A DNA stretch of 64,000 nucleotides, taken from Epithemia pelagica. Lineage: Eukaryota > Protista > Bacillariophyta. The first letter of the stretch is position 1. Every line of letters begins with the position of its first letter. A model generated the notes under the pieces. The model was given only the letters and a program-made list of their open reading frames with translations. It was not told where the DNA came from and did no database searches. The translations under genes and the position numbers were made by a program. Below are positions 44,639 through 56,200 of the stretch, in pieces. The stretch covers positions 434,001 through 498,000 of the forward strand of contig OX337230.1 of assembly GCA_946965045.2 (NCBI GenBank), written 5' to 3'.

Positions 44639-46627
44639 GTGACATCCATAAAGAAGAAACATATTCGTCCCACTTTCGAAGATATGGCATCGGATCAGAC
44701 GATTTCGAGACTCACATGTACACAGGAGACCTATGCCAAGTACGAAAAGAAGAAAACGCAACGTATAAGTGAAACAGTGGTCGCCATGTCGCATCGGAAC
44801 GAAAGTGCACACGAAAGAATGTGCTACTTTGTCTTGGACAAGGATATCGATCGAATAAGGATGCTATCGCATCTACTGCAGCGTTGCTTTGGAAGTTACG
44901 ACGATCAAGATTGTTTTGGTTTGTCGTTCGAAAAAGAGATGATACAACGGAAGGTCGATATGAAAGATATCCCAAGTGTTTTTGCATGTATCCCAGAAAT
45001 ATACAACAAGGCTATGGATGATGTTGTGGAGACAAGAGATGACGTTGTCAGTCATTCGAACATTATACCAGAATGTTGTCCTATGATTGTAACTCAAATC
45101 CCGGTGGGTCTTGTAACTAAAACGATCCACAATGCATTCATATTGGAATGTACCTTGTCCAGGACAAGATATAGAGAAATCAGGAAAAAGACAACACATG
45201 TGTCGTCCTCTATATTCGAAGATCCTGTCATGATGATTCGGACTAACAAAAATTTATGTCTTGACGAAAATGATCACCTCTTCAGAGATATCATTATCCT
45301 CTTCCCTTTGGCTGGGGTTTTTTATACATGTGTGCGTCAATTTCAAGAACTATCAAGGTCGTCCAACATCACATCGTCATCAGTCCCACTACCGTTGTCT
45401 TGGTTACGTCTGCGACACAAAGATGGCCAACCTGCAAGTAATGCATTCTTGAAAAAAATTCATCGTTGTTGGAGTCTAGATTGGGGTGAACATCTTACTA
45501 GTAATGACAAAACTGTGAAGGAATGTTACCAATGGTCCGATGTGGAGGATGGGAGCCCACTTTTACCTCCTGACGTGTACCTCGATGAAAAGGGAAAGAT
45601 CGAAAAGCCAGGGAATAAACAGTCGATGACACATCACATGTCACGGGAACAATATCGAACAAGGCTGATTATGAACAGGAATGACTCAGATAAGAAAGGG
45701 AGTCGGAGATATGTTAGTGGTGCTTTGCATCGAAACCTATGGTTGCAAATGTCGTCCGGTACACACCCAAGGCCACTGGTATACGACCATCGTATTCGGG
45801 GAAACATTACTTTCATTGTTCGGACACGCCGAAATGATGGGAGACCAGAGTCACTTAGTTACATTCGAGTGACATCCCTGTTACGGAAAGACCAGACGTT
45901 GTTGGACCTATTACACCACAGAGCAAGGGAATTTACACGTACTGGGTCTCTGAGAAAGACGGCCAATGCCAGATGTAATAAGGGAGACTTAGGATCTATG
46001 ACTACTGTTGGTAATACTGCGGCAAGAGGAAACGGTTCTACTTTCGTTTCCGAGAAATTATTTACAAAGGACAAGACATTATCAATGATACTGCCGAAAA
46101 TAAGTACAGCGGCAAAAAGGTTCTGTGAACGCGAATATCCTGGGGTGATTCCAACATTCCGGTATCTAGAAGATTCAGCTGGCGAAGAAATGCCTAGTGA
46201 ATTCGGAGGAAGAGTCGGAGGTATGACCTCAGCCATTACCCTGAGTTTGAACCTCATGAACACGACACACTATGATGTTCACGATGGTTCTGTTTCATTC
46301 GCAATCTGGACAGAGACAATCCCAGGTGACTCCCAAAATTGGTTCTTTGTTTTGCCGAATATTCTTGTGGAGTATGATGGTACTACATACCATGGTCTTT
46401 GTATACAACTATTTCATGGGGTTTCGGTTCTATGGGATGGACGTGTGATCCGGCATGGAACGTCAATACACACACAAAGACAACATACAGATGGGAACAT
46501 GAAGAACGACACTATTAGTTGGTTTTGGGCAGTAAGTTCCAGGTCTATGAATGCAACTGTCAACGAAACAAGAGAGGACCATGGTATAACCAAAACGGTT
46601 CAAGGCATTCGTAGCGGAACATTATAA
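44639..46627 (+). CDS. TET/JBP-like Fe(II) dioxygenase domain protein
   Basis: C-terminal GDLGSMTTVG...LSLNLMNTTHYDVHDGSVSFAIW...WFFVLPN...CIQLFHGVSVLWDGRVIRHGTS: HxD...H double-stranded beta-helix with TET/JBP-like spacing. The start codon is uncertain. Confidence 0.65.
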   Translation: MTSIKKKHIRPTFEDMASDQTISRLTCTQETYAKYEKKKTQRISETVVAMSHRNESAHERMCYFVLDKDIDRIRMLSHLLQRCFGSYDDQDCFGLSFEKEMIQRKVDMKDIPSVFACIPEIYNKAMDDVVETRDDVVSHSNIIPECCPMIVTQIPVGLVTKTIHNAFILECTLSRTRYREIRKKTTHVSSSIFEDPVMMIRTNKNLCLDENDHLFRDIIILFPLAGVFYTCVRQFQELSRSSNITSSSVPLPLSWLRLRHKDGQPASNAFLKKIHRCWSLDWGEHLTSNDKTVKECYQWSDVEDGSPLLPPDVYLDEKGKIEKPGNKQSMTHHMSREQYRTRLIMNRNDSDKKGSRRYVSGALHRNLWLQMSSGTHPRPLVYDHRIRGNITFIVRTRRNDGRPESLSYIRVTSLLRKDQTLLDLLHHRAREFTRTGSLRKTANARCNKGDLGSMTTVGNTAARGNGSTFVSEKLFTKDKTLSMILPKISTAAKRFCEREYPGVIPTFRYLEDSAGEEMPSEFGGRVGGMTSAITLSLNLMNTTHYDVHDGSVSFAIWTETIPGDSQNWFFVLPNILVEYDGTTYHGLCIQLFHGVSVLWDGRVIRHGTSIHTQRQHTDGNMKNDTISWFWAVSSRSMNATVNETREDHGITKTVQGIRSGTL

Positions 46628-46666
46628 ATTCTTTCTGGATGCATTCATCTTCAAGGAAAAACAAAT

Positions 46667-47542
46667 TCAAGGAGCATTCCACGTCTTTTGCTTCTTACGA
46701 GCACTCTGGTGTGGTACACCAGCAGCGTGTTTCTTTGGATTTTCCTGTGCTATGTGATAACATGCAGTAAAAATAGGCATATAGTTGCGAAAAGAGCAAC
46801 CAGGTGGTGAAGAAATCAGCCACAATGCCCATTGTTTCTCGGTGTGAATGAAATGAGATGGACTACGCCACTTGGTATCCTCGTCGTAATAAGGCTCCAA
46901 TTTTTCTCTCCATACTTTACCGACCGTTTTTGTCAAGATGCCACAAGTTTCGGCTGGGATATATTCAAAAAAGGGAATCTTTCTGTTTTTTCCAAACTTG
47001 TGGAAGTCTAACCACGCTTGGAATGCCTCTCTTAAAGTAATACAGAACTCCCATACGAAGGACATGTTCATGGATGAAGTACAGGGAGTCTTTGCACAAG
47101 TGGTATCACAAGATGAAGACGACCCAGGTACTTGTAAAGGACGGAAACAATGTTTGCATGTGTATATTGTTGCCCGTTGATTACAGGTGAATTTACCGCA
47201 AACAAGACATGTCTCGAGGAAGTTTTGTTTCCAGATGAAGGGTCCGTCAAGGAATTCCGGTCTGTCTGCCCATGTGCCCATCTGACACTGGTGCTCTTCT
47301 GTATATCCCTCTTGATTACCATTCATAATGGAAATCACATCAAGTCGTCCCTCGTGATTAATAATCTTGTCTACAAGATCCTTGAATTCGTTTTTGATTC
47401 CTTCGGCTGCCGCTGCAACATCTTCAGTGAGAACAACATTCCTATCGCTGCTACGAAGACAAAACGAAGTTTCAACATCAAATCTTGTATTCGAGATGAG
47501 ATTCCATATTGCAACAGTATTCAACCAAGACGAGTCTTCCAT
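46667..47542 (-). CDS. Hypothetical protein with a CxxC...CxxC Zn-binding motif
   Basis: CLVCGKF...YTCKHC; 291-aa ATG-initiated ORF with a basic C-terminal tail. Confidence 0.55.
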   Translation of the reverse strand: MEDSSWLNTVAIWNLISNTRFDVETSFCLRSSDRNVVLTEDVAAAAEGIKNEFKDLVDKIINHEGRLDVISIMNGNQEGYTEEHQCQMGTWADRPEFLDGPFIWKQNFLETCLVCGKFTCNQRATIYTCKHCFRPLQVPGSSSSCDTTCAKTPCTSSMNMSFVWEFCITLREAFQAWLDFHKFGKNRKIPFFEYIPAETCGILTKTVGKVWREKLEPYYDEDTKWRSPSHFIHTEKQWALWLISSPPGCSFRNYMPIFTACYHIAQENPKKHAAGVPHQSARKKQKTWNAP

Positions 47543-47699
47543 CTTTTATACGATATCGAACGGTCTTCTTGAAGAGTAATGGTACGAGGATTTCTGTTTG
47601 CGGTTGGAAGAAGATGTACTTCAGAGAAAACAACTGATCCTGACTATCTCTCAATTCTTATCGTTTTTATGGGGAAAAATTCAAATAACGCTAAGAATT

Positions 47700-50600
47700 T
47701 CTGAGTCTTGTTTGCTTTGTCATACGAATCAATGGAGGATGAAATGAGCGTACGAAATTTTTGGACGATGTCAAGGCCAACGCTATATCGGTATGGTCTA
47801 TTGAAAGCCTTTCTCGTCACAGATCACGAGATCAGATCCTATGGTATCCATAAAAATGAGACACTATGGGTCTCTTCCAAAATCTGGACCCATTCCATGA
47901 AGAGAAGGATCTCTTTGCTCCATGTCCATACAATTTTGGCACGACGACAACGCCAAACCGATCTAATCTATTGCAAGCCTTTGTCTTGACGGCAATTGAG
48001 ATCAGAGCCTATGGTACACATGGATATGATGTCCCGAGGATATGTACCAAGACCTGGGTCGATTAGATGAAAAGAAAAATGTCTTTGTTCCAAAAAGTCT
48101 ATGGAAGATTGGGACGACGACAACACCGCACCGGTTTGGTCTACAACAATAATTTACGTCAATGATAGACGAGTTCAGCGCCTATGACGTCCATGCCTAT
48201 GATACCGCAAGTATCTGTACCGAATTTTGGAGCGCTTCAAGTCATAGAAGGGTGTTGTTGCTCCATACCCCTAATGGAAGGTTGAGACAACGAAAACGCG
48301 ATACTGGTATGGCCTATAACGAGACTTTTGGTCCGCGATAGACGAGATCAAAGACTATGACATCCATTCCTATGATACCCCAAGTGTCTCTATTGAAATT
48401 TGGAGCGATTCAAGTTATAGAAGGGTGACTTTGCTCCATGTCCATGGAAGTTTGGTACAACGGCAACACCACACCAGTATGGTCTACTACAAGACTTTTG
48501 GTCCATGGTACACGCGTTCAGAGCCTATGACGTCCATTCCTATAATACCCCAAGTGTCTGTACCGAAATTTGGAGGGATTCAATTTATAGAAGAGTGTCT
48601 TTGCTCCATGTCCATGGAAGTTTGGGACATTGACAACACTACACTGGTATGGTCTACAACGAGACTTTTGGTCTGCGATACACAAGTTCAGAGTCTATGA
48701 CGTCCATTCCTGTGATACCCAAAGTGTCTCTGCCGAAATTCGGAGCGATTCAAGTTATAGAAGGGTGTCTTTGCTCCATGTCCATGGAAGTTTGGTACAA
48801 CGACAACACGTCACCGGTATGGTCTACAACAAGACTGTTGGTCTGCGATAGACGAGTCCAGAGCTTATGATATCCATGCCTGTGATACCCCAAGTGTCTC
48901 TAGCGAAATTTGGAGCGATTCAAGTTATAGAAGGGTGTCTTTGCTCCATGTCCATGGAAGTTTGGGACATCGACAACACGACACCGGTATGGTCTACAAC
49001 AAGACTTTTGGTCTGTGATACACGAGTTCAGAGCCTATGACATCCATGCCTATGATACCCCAAATGTCTCTACCAATATTTGGAGCGATTTAAGTGATAG
49101 AAGGGTGTCTTTGCTCCATGTCCACGGAAGTTTGGGACATCGACAACGCCACATTGGTATGGTCTACAACAAGACTTTTGGTCCGCGATAGACGAGTTCA
49201 GAGCCTATGACATTCATGACTATGATATCCCAAGTGTCTCTAGCGAAATTTGGAGCGATTCAAGTTATAGAAGGGTGTCTTTGCTCCATGTCAATGGTAA
49301 TTTGGGACATCGACAACGCGGCTATGATACCCCAAGTATCTCTACCGAAATTCGGAGCGATTCAAGATATAGAAGAGTGTCTTTGCTCCATGTCCATGGA
49401 AGTTTGGGACATTGATAACGCGACATTGGTAAAGTCTATAACAAGACTTTTGGTCCATGTTAGACGAGTTCAGAGCCTATGACGTCCATTCCTGTGATAC
49501 CCCAAGTGTCTCTACCAAAATTTTGAGTGATTCAAGTAATAGAAGGGTGTCTTTGCTCCATGTCCACGGAAGTTTGGGACATCGATAACACGACACTGGT
49601 ATGGTCTACAACAAGACTTTTGGTCCGCGATAGACGAGTTCAGAGCCTATGACATCCATGCCTATGATACCCCAAGTGTCTCTACCGAAATTTGGAGCGA
49701 TTCAAGTTATAGAAGGGTGTCTTTGCTCCATGTCCATGGTAATTTGGTACAACGACAACGCAAGACCGGTATGGTCTACAACATGACTTTTGGTCCGCGA
49801 TAGACGAGTTCAGAGCCTATGACATCCATGTCTATGATACCCCAAGTGTCTCTACCAATATTTGGAGCGATTCAAGTTATAGAAGGGTGTCTTTGCTCCA
49901 TGTCCATGGTAATTTGGTACAACGACAACGCAAGACCGGTATGGTCTACAACAAGACTTTTGGTCCGTGATAGACGAGTTCAGAGCCTATGACATCCATG
50001 CCTATGATACCCCAAGTGTCTCTACCGAAATTCGGAGCGATTCAAGTTATAGAAGGGTGTCTTTGCTCCATGTCCATGGTAATTTGGTACAACGACAACA
50101 CAAGACCCGTATGGTCTACAACAAGACTTTTGGTCCGCGATAGACGAGTTCAGAGCCTATGACGTCCATGCCTATGATACCCCAAGTGTCTCTACCAATA
50201 TTTGGAGCGATTCAAGTTATAGAAGGGTGTTTTTGCTCCATGTCCATGGAAGTTTGGGACATCGACAATGCGTCACTGGTATGGTCTACAACAAGACTTT
50301 TGGTCCGTGATACACGAGTTCAGAGCCATTGACGTCCATACCTATGATACCCCAACGCGACACCAGTATGGTCTACAACAAGACTTTTGGTCTGTGATAG
50401 ATGAGTTCAGAGCCTATGATATCCATGCCTATGATACACCAAGTGTCTCTACCATTATTTGGAGCGATTCAAGTTATAGAAGGGTGTCTTTGCTCCATGT
50501 CCATGGTAATTTGGTACAACGATGACGCCACACCGATATGGTCTACAACAAGACTTTTGGTCCGCGATAGACGAGTTCAGAGCCTATGATATCCATACCT

Positions 50601-51545
50601 ATGATACCCCAAGTCTCTCTACCAATATTTGGAGCGATTCGAGTTATAGAAGGGTGTCTTTGCTCCATGTCCATGGAAGTTTGGGACATCGACAACGCCA
50701 CATTGGTATGGTCTACAACAAAACTTTTGGTCTGCGATACACGAGTTCAGAGCCTATGACGTCCATTGCTATGATACACCAAGTGACTCTAGCGAAATTT
50801 GGAGCGATTCAAGTTATAGAAGGGTGTCTTTGCTCCATGTCCATGGAAGTTCGGTACGACGACAACGCCAGACTGGTATTGTCTACAACAAGACTTTTGG
50901 TCCGCGATAGACGAGTTCAGAGTTTATGAAATCCATGCCTATGATATCCCAAGTGTCTCTATTGAAATTTGGAGCGATTCAAGTTATAGAAGGGTGTCTT
51001 TGTTCCATGTCCATGAAAGTTTGGGACATCGACAACGCCAGACCGGTATGGTCTACAATAAGACTTTTGGTCTGCGATACACGAGTTCAGAGCCTATGAC
51101 ATTCATGCCTATGATACCCCAAGTATCTCTACCGAAATTCGGAGCGATTCAAGATATAGAAGAGTGTCTTTGCTCCACGTCCATGGAAGTTTGGGACATT
51201 GATAACGCGACATTGGTAAAGTCTATAACAAGACTTTTGGTCCATGTTAGACGAGTTCAGAGCCTATGACGTCCATTCCTGTGATACCCCAAGTGTCTCT
51301 ACCAAAATTTGGAGTGATTCAAGTTATAGAATGGTGTCTTTGCTCCATGTCCATGGAAGTTTGGGACATCGATAACACGACACTGGTATGGTCTACAACA
51401 AGACTTTTGGTCTGCGATACACGAGTAACGAGTCTATGACGTCCATTCCTACGATACCCCAAGTGACTCTACCGAAATTTAGAGCGATTCAAGTTATAGA
51501 AGGGTGTCTTTGCTCCATGTCCATGGAAGTTTGGGTCATCGACGT
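47700..51545. repeat. Satellite array of 170-bp units, about 22 copies, degenerate at the left edge
   Basis: GGAGCGATTCAAGTTATAGAAGGGTGTCTTTGCTCCATG at ~48403, 48573, 48743, 48913, 49083, 49253, 49355, 49525...50205, 50462...51482. Confidence 0.95.
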
Positions 51546-51554
51546 CTGTTTAAT

Positions 51555-52826
51555 TTAAGTCGCGGTATTCTCTTTGAGGTTCATGATGGCTTGGAAACAG
51601 TATCGGAATAACACCATGTAATTGAAAAAGGGACCGAAGCAGGTTGATACCAACCATTTTGTCCACTCGACCTCTGTTCCCATGTGTATGAAGGGGCTAG
51701 AGAATTGTGATGATTCATTGGGGTACCGGAGGTCCTTGTACATCTGTTGAACTGCTTTGACTATGACTACCTGTGTGTATCGGGGTATCCCTCCTACCCC
51801 AGAAGTCAAGTCAGGCCTGTATTGATTCAAGAGTAAGGCTCTTCGAACGATCATACAGAAACGCCATATGAAATATTTATTGTTGGACTTCCAACAGACC
51901 CGAATACTGACACATTCTCCATTTGAATTGCATGGTCGGAGGCAACCCTTACATACGATTGGAATATAAGTACATGTACGATCCACAAGTTTATCATGGA
52001 GTTTCCCATCGTGGTCGAAAATGCATTGCCGGCATTTGTATTCATTGCCACCTGTTTCGCATACATCACAATGTACCCCACAACCGTAACAATGGTCACG
52101 GCACCGGTGAGTAGTACCAAAAGGATGCCAGAATTTTCCTGTTAAATACCGATCGGTTGTTGGGTTATCTTGAAACAAACAAACTGGACAAATGGCATCT
52201 GCTATATTCTCTGTAGAACCCAATACCTCGTTGGCAAGTCTGGTGAACTTAACCACTTCAGGGTGAAAGTCTGCATCTCGGTCACCAACTCGATCAGAAT
52301 AACTCGGTGATTCTGGAGCCAATGGTATTGTCTTAAATTTCGCAGTGACCACAGAGGGGTCAATGATACGGCTTTTGACCGCATATGGATTGCGAATGAC
52401 CGTTTTCTTGGGATTAGTATGAGGAACGATAGTTGTATCGGGAATGGATACTGGTACAACAACGTTACCAGGAGTCTCTGTTTTCTTTGGCTGCTCTGTT
52501 TTCTCGTGATGCCCTTCGACGGATATACCTGGTTCACGAGAGCTGTCATCTACTACTCGTGGTACCAATTTGCCGACGTGGTTGCTGTTGTTATTTTTGT
52601 GATGTCCTTTATTCTCTTTCTGGAATTTCTCTTCTCTCAATTGAAATAAATCCTCGAGAAATGTGATGTCGTCGTCATTTTGGAACTGGGTTTCTTCTGG
52701 ATGAAGATTGTTTCCACGGCTTTCACTAAGTACCCCCTTGTTTTGTGGTTTGGTACTTTGTGGTTTTCGGCGTTTGTTGTATGGGTTCGTCATGGTGCGT
52801 GGTTTTTTGTATGGATTGCTCAACAT
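51555..52826 (-). CDS. Hypothetical Cys-rich protein
   Basis: 423-aa ORF; CPVC...HRCRDHCYGCGVHCDVC...CRQC...CKGCLRPC; repeated NPY motifs in a disordered N-terminus. Confidence 0.6.
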   Translation of the reverse strand: MLSNPYKKPRTMTNPYNKRRKPQSTKPQNKGVLSESRGNNLHPEETQFQNDDDITFLEDLFQLREEKFQKENKGHHKNNNSNHVGKLVPRVVDDSSREPGISVEGHHEKTEQPKKTETPGNVVVPVSIPDTTIVPHTNPKKTVIRNPYAVKSRIIDPSVVTAKFKTIPLAPESPSYSDRVGDRDADFHPEVVKFTRLANEVLGSTENIADAICPVCLFQDNPTTDRYLTGKFWHPFGTTHRCRDHCYGCGVHCDVCETGGNEYKCRQCIFDHDGKLHDKLVDRTCTYIPIVCKGCLRPCNSNGECVSIRVCWKSNNKYFIWRFCMIVRRALLLNQYRPDLTSGVGGIPRYTQVVIVKAVQQMYKDLRYPNESSQFSSPFIHMGTEVEWTKWLVSTCFGPFFNYMVLFRYCFQAIMNLKENTAT

Positions 52827-53227
52827 TGCGTAAGCCAGAGAGTTTTATCTCACCGCTTGTGTAAAAATGATTACTTGATGATCAAACAGAATGAACCTAT
52901 CACATTCAAGAAAAAGAAGAGACGAGACTTCTACTAAGATGTGTTTGTTTTTTTATGAAGAATAATGGGTCGGCTGCCGTTTGTGGATACCACATGGACA
53001 TCTATCTCATACTATCCCTCATCACGTGTCACTCTTTTTAATAAACGGATTACCACTCCGACATGTTGGGGAGTATATTATTGGGACCACTTCTCTGAAA
53101 TAAATATTACGGATACCACTCGGACATCCCCCATGACCTTTGTTGGTGGTTGAAAACACACCCCCCCTCACCCCCACCCACCACCCACCCCCTTATTGGT
53201 TATACAGAACGACTTTCACTGACACCT

Positions 53228-56200
53228 TCATGATCCAGCAGTGTTACGATCTGTTGTTGTTGTTTGTGAAGGATCTGATGATGATGTATATCTTGCTCTC
53301 AACGAATCACTTGCTGAGTCATTGAACTCATTGGCCCATTTACTGGCAGGAAGTACCTCCCATACAATATCGGAATAGTTCCTGTGATTCCGAGTATATT
53401 CAAGCAATATTTCTCTTTCCGCATCAGAATGCAGGTATTCCGGTACCTTATCTCGGTGTTGGATCATTTCCGGGTTTTCATCGATCACTCCTACCAATTC
53501 AACTATATTGGTGATAGGAACCAATACAAGATCGGGAACACGGGAATTCCGGGTAAAGGCCTTGCTCCATCGAATGAAAAGGACGGAGGACTTCTCTTTA
53601 TCCTTGTCACTACGACGATAAGTGGTTCGTAGTAAAGCATGTGTGACATCTCTCGATTTTTCTTGGTGGATTCTTGATGTACGAGCATCATTTCCCTGTT
53701 CTTGCATGTGACCAGCACTTTCCCGTTGTTCCCATGGTCTGCGTATGAAGCATAAAACCTGACAGAGTACCAAGATATTGTCTGTTCCCTGATTACCTGT
53801 TGCAGTGTCAGTGAATGGTGTTCGCTGGTGTCGTGGGATCCATGCTTTCACCCAGTCTCTCCAAGGACCCTCACTTTGGTAATTAGGATGACATCGGATA
53901 CCACCTATGTTTTCGTCCCTGAATTTGACCTCTGTACACCCATGGATCATGATGTAATCACTTGTGTCATTCTGTTGTATAATATTCATTTGTGTGAAGA
54001 GTGCACTTGCATGTTTCACCAGGAAGTCAAGGATTACTTTTGGGAGGATCATACCGGTATTTGTTTTCGAAATGTACTTGTAAGTACACTTGACCACGGG
54101 GCTCTCTGTCCGTCCAGATCTGACCAATTGGATTTGTATTGTTGTCCCTCGCCCCTTGAATTTACATCTATCTTCTTCATCGTCCTCGTCATCATTCTCA
54201 TGACTATGATACACTTGACTTCTTTTTTTCCTTGCCATAATGGTTGGAGATTGACCATTTTTTAGTAGCTCCACGTCATCTTGTTTGATCCCTGATGCTT
54301 TACAGAGCAGATCCCATGCCTGCATCTGCCATATGTTATCACCAAGTTGACTGTCGAAGACACCCTTACCCCGCTTTTGTACTGTTTTGGCATTCAGTTT
54401 GACAATTTCTTTGTGGTTACTCTCCTCTGATTCAGTGTCGGATATTTTAACTGGGCCGAAATTGGACACCTGTCGAACTATATGTACCAAGTTGTGGTAT
54501 TTTGGGATCATCCAACCATTGCACATCAGTTTCCCTTTTTTATCCAATCGTGGTGCATACCGCCGTATACCATCCATCATTATCTTGACAGATTCAACTG
54601 ATCGTCGCACTGTTTCCTTCGCAGCAGGAGAACGTGGGTCGCTATCCCAAAATCTATCCATCCTTGTCCAGCTGTTGAAACAGAGTATTGTCTCAAACAG
54701 GAAGAGGAAATCCAGATATGGTTCCCGCTCACCTTCATCCCAGATCGATGCATATGCCACAGGGTCATCGTCGAATACTGTTTCGCTCGTAACCTGTACC
54801 TCAATGTCAGGTTCACAATATTGGTAATCTTCATTTTCCTGTACATGAACGGGCAGATTGTCGTTGATATTTGTGGTTATTTCTTCGTTACTATCATCCA
54901 CAGGTGAGTCATTCTCATCCGAATCGGATGAAGCATCAGCGATACTGTGGTGTACAACCGGGTTTTTTTTCGATTGTCGTTGACGTTTATTGTTGGTAGA
55001 GGATACGTTGTTTTGTCCAGCGCCCATTCGTTGTCGTTTTTTCTTTTTTTTTTCTAATTCATTTTTCTTTCTCTTCCGTTCTTTCTCTTCTTCCTTTTTC
55101 TTTCGTCTCTCTTCTTCTTCTTTGCACCATTGTTTCCACTCTGCAACTACTTTTTTCCATTTCTCCGCCATAGTCGAAGCGAAAATAAGATGACCACGAA
55201 CAGAAACACACAAAGCGGCTGAGACAAACATAATACCAACCCATTCATTGGCTGTTACCTTTGTAACATTACTGATACCTGCAGAGAAGGATGTTCTGGG
55301 GTACCCCCAACTAGAAGAATAAGAGAATACCGACTGCCGGTTGGCTCGGAAGAAAGAGCTGTACAAGAAATCAAACATGGCTTTTTCTCTCATTGTCATC
55401 AGAGCAAAGAAATCAGTCATGATATATTTCATGATCCCCGATTTCAAAGTATGTAATACATCACAACATGCCGCGGTAAAAATCCCATGTGTTTTATTAA
55501 CACCCTCACCCAAATACAAATGGTTGTAGATGTTGTTCACTGGGTATTGTCCAATCTGATGTAAAATTTTCTTGGAATTGTTCACAGGTTCTCTCCAAGG
55601 ATCCTCTCTCGGATCATCTATACCGGGTTGTCCAGAATCGATAACTATTGGGTTTCCTGATGGTTTATCTAAACCAAGCACACGGAGGCTTCTGAAATGG
55701 ATAGGGTTTTTGAAGAGGTAGTTGCATGTGGACCATGGGTATCTAGACTCCCGAGGTGTGCAATCACACTGCCAAACAAGCCGGCCAACACTTTGATGAT
55801 GAGATGCATATCTTCCTGCGATGTTATCTTGCGACTTCGCATCTCCCTTTATCATGATCACGGGTAATACTAATCTCACCACCTTCTCGATCCCATGGAT
55901 CCGTAATCGCATCCACAATCCACCTCGATTCTGTATCTTCAAAAGAGCTTGGTGTATTCGCGAGAGCTGTGCATGATAATTCCGACAGGGGGACCCCCTA
56001 TCCAAGATGTATTTGGCCGCAGATGACTTCCGTTCCATATCTGTGATCAACCCTAAGATGATTTGTCTATTCGGTTTTCGCATTTCAGACATCGTCAAAA
56101 ATGAAGGTACCATAACAACAGGTTCCGCATTAAAGCGACCATCCCCTGTCGCGTGTGTCTTATCCATATAAGACAATAAACCAACAACGAAAGTATCGTT

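Noticed and set aside
39955-51545. CRISPR-like appearance of the regular repeats
   Set aside because: The units are contiguous with no unique spacers, no cas genes are present, and the context is eukaryotic.
47700-51545. Hammerhead ribozyme in the satellite monomers
   Set aside because: No CUGANGA core was found in either satellite unit on either strand by eye.
53785-53800. GTTGCAGTG as the right TIR of the CACTG element
   Set aside because: It matches only 9 bp, lies inside the transposase CDS, and is followed by neither gag sequence nor subterminal repeats.
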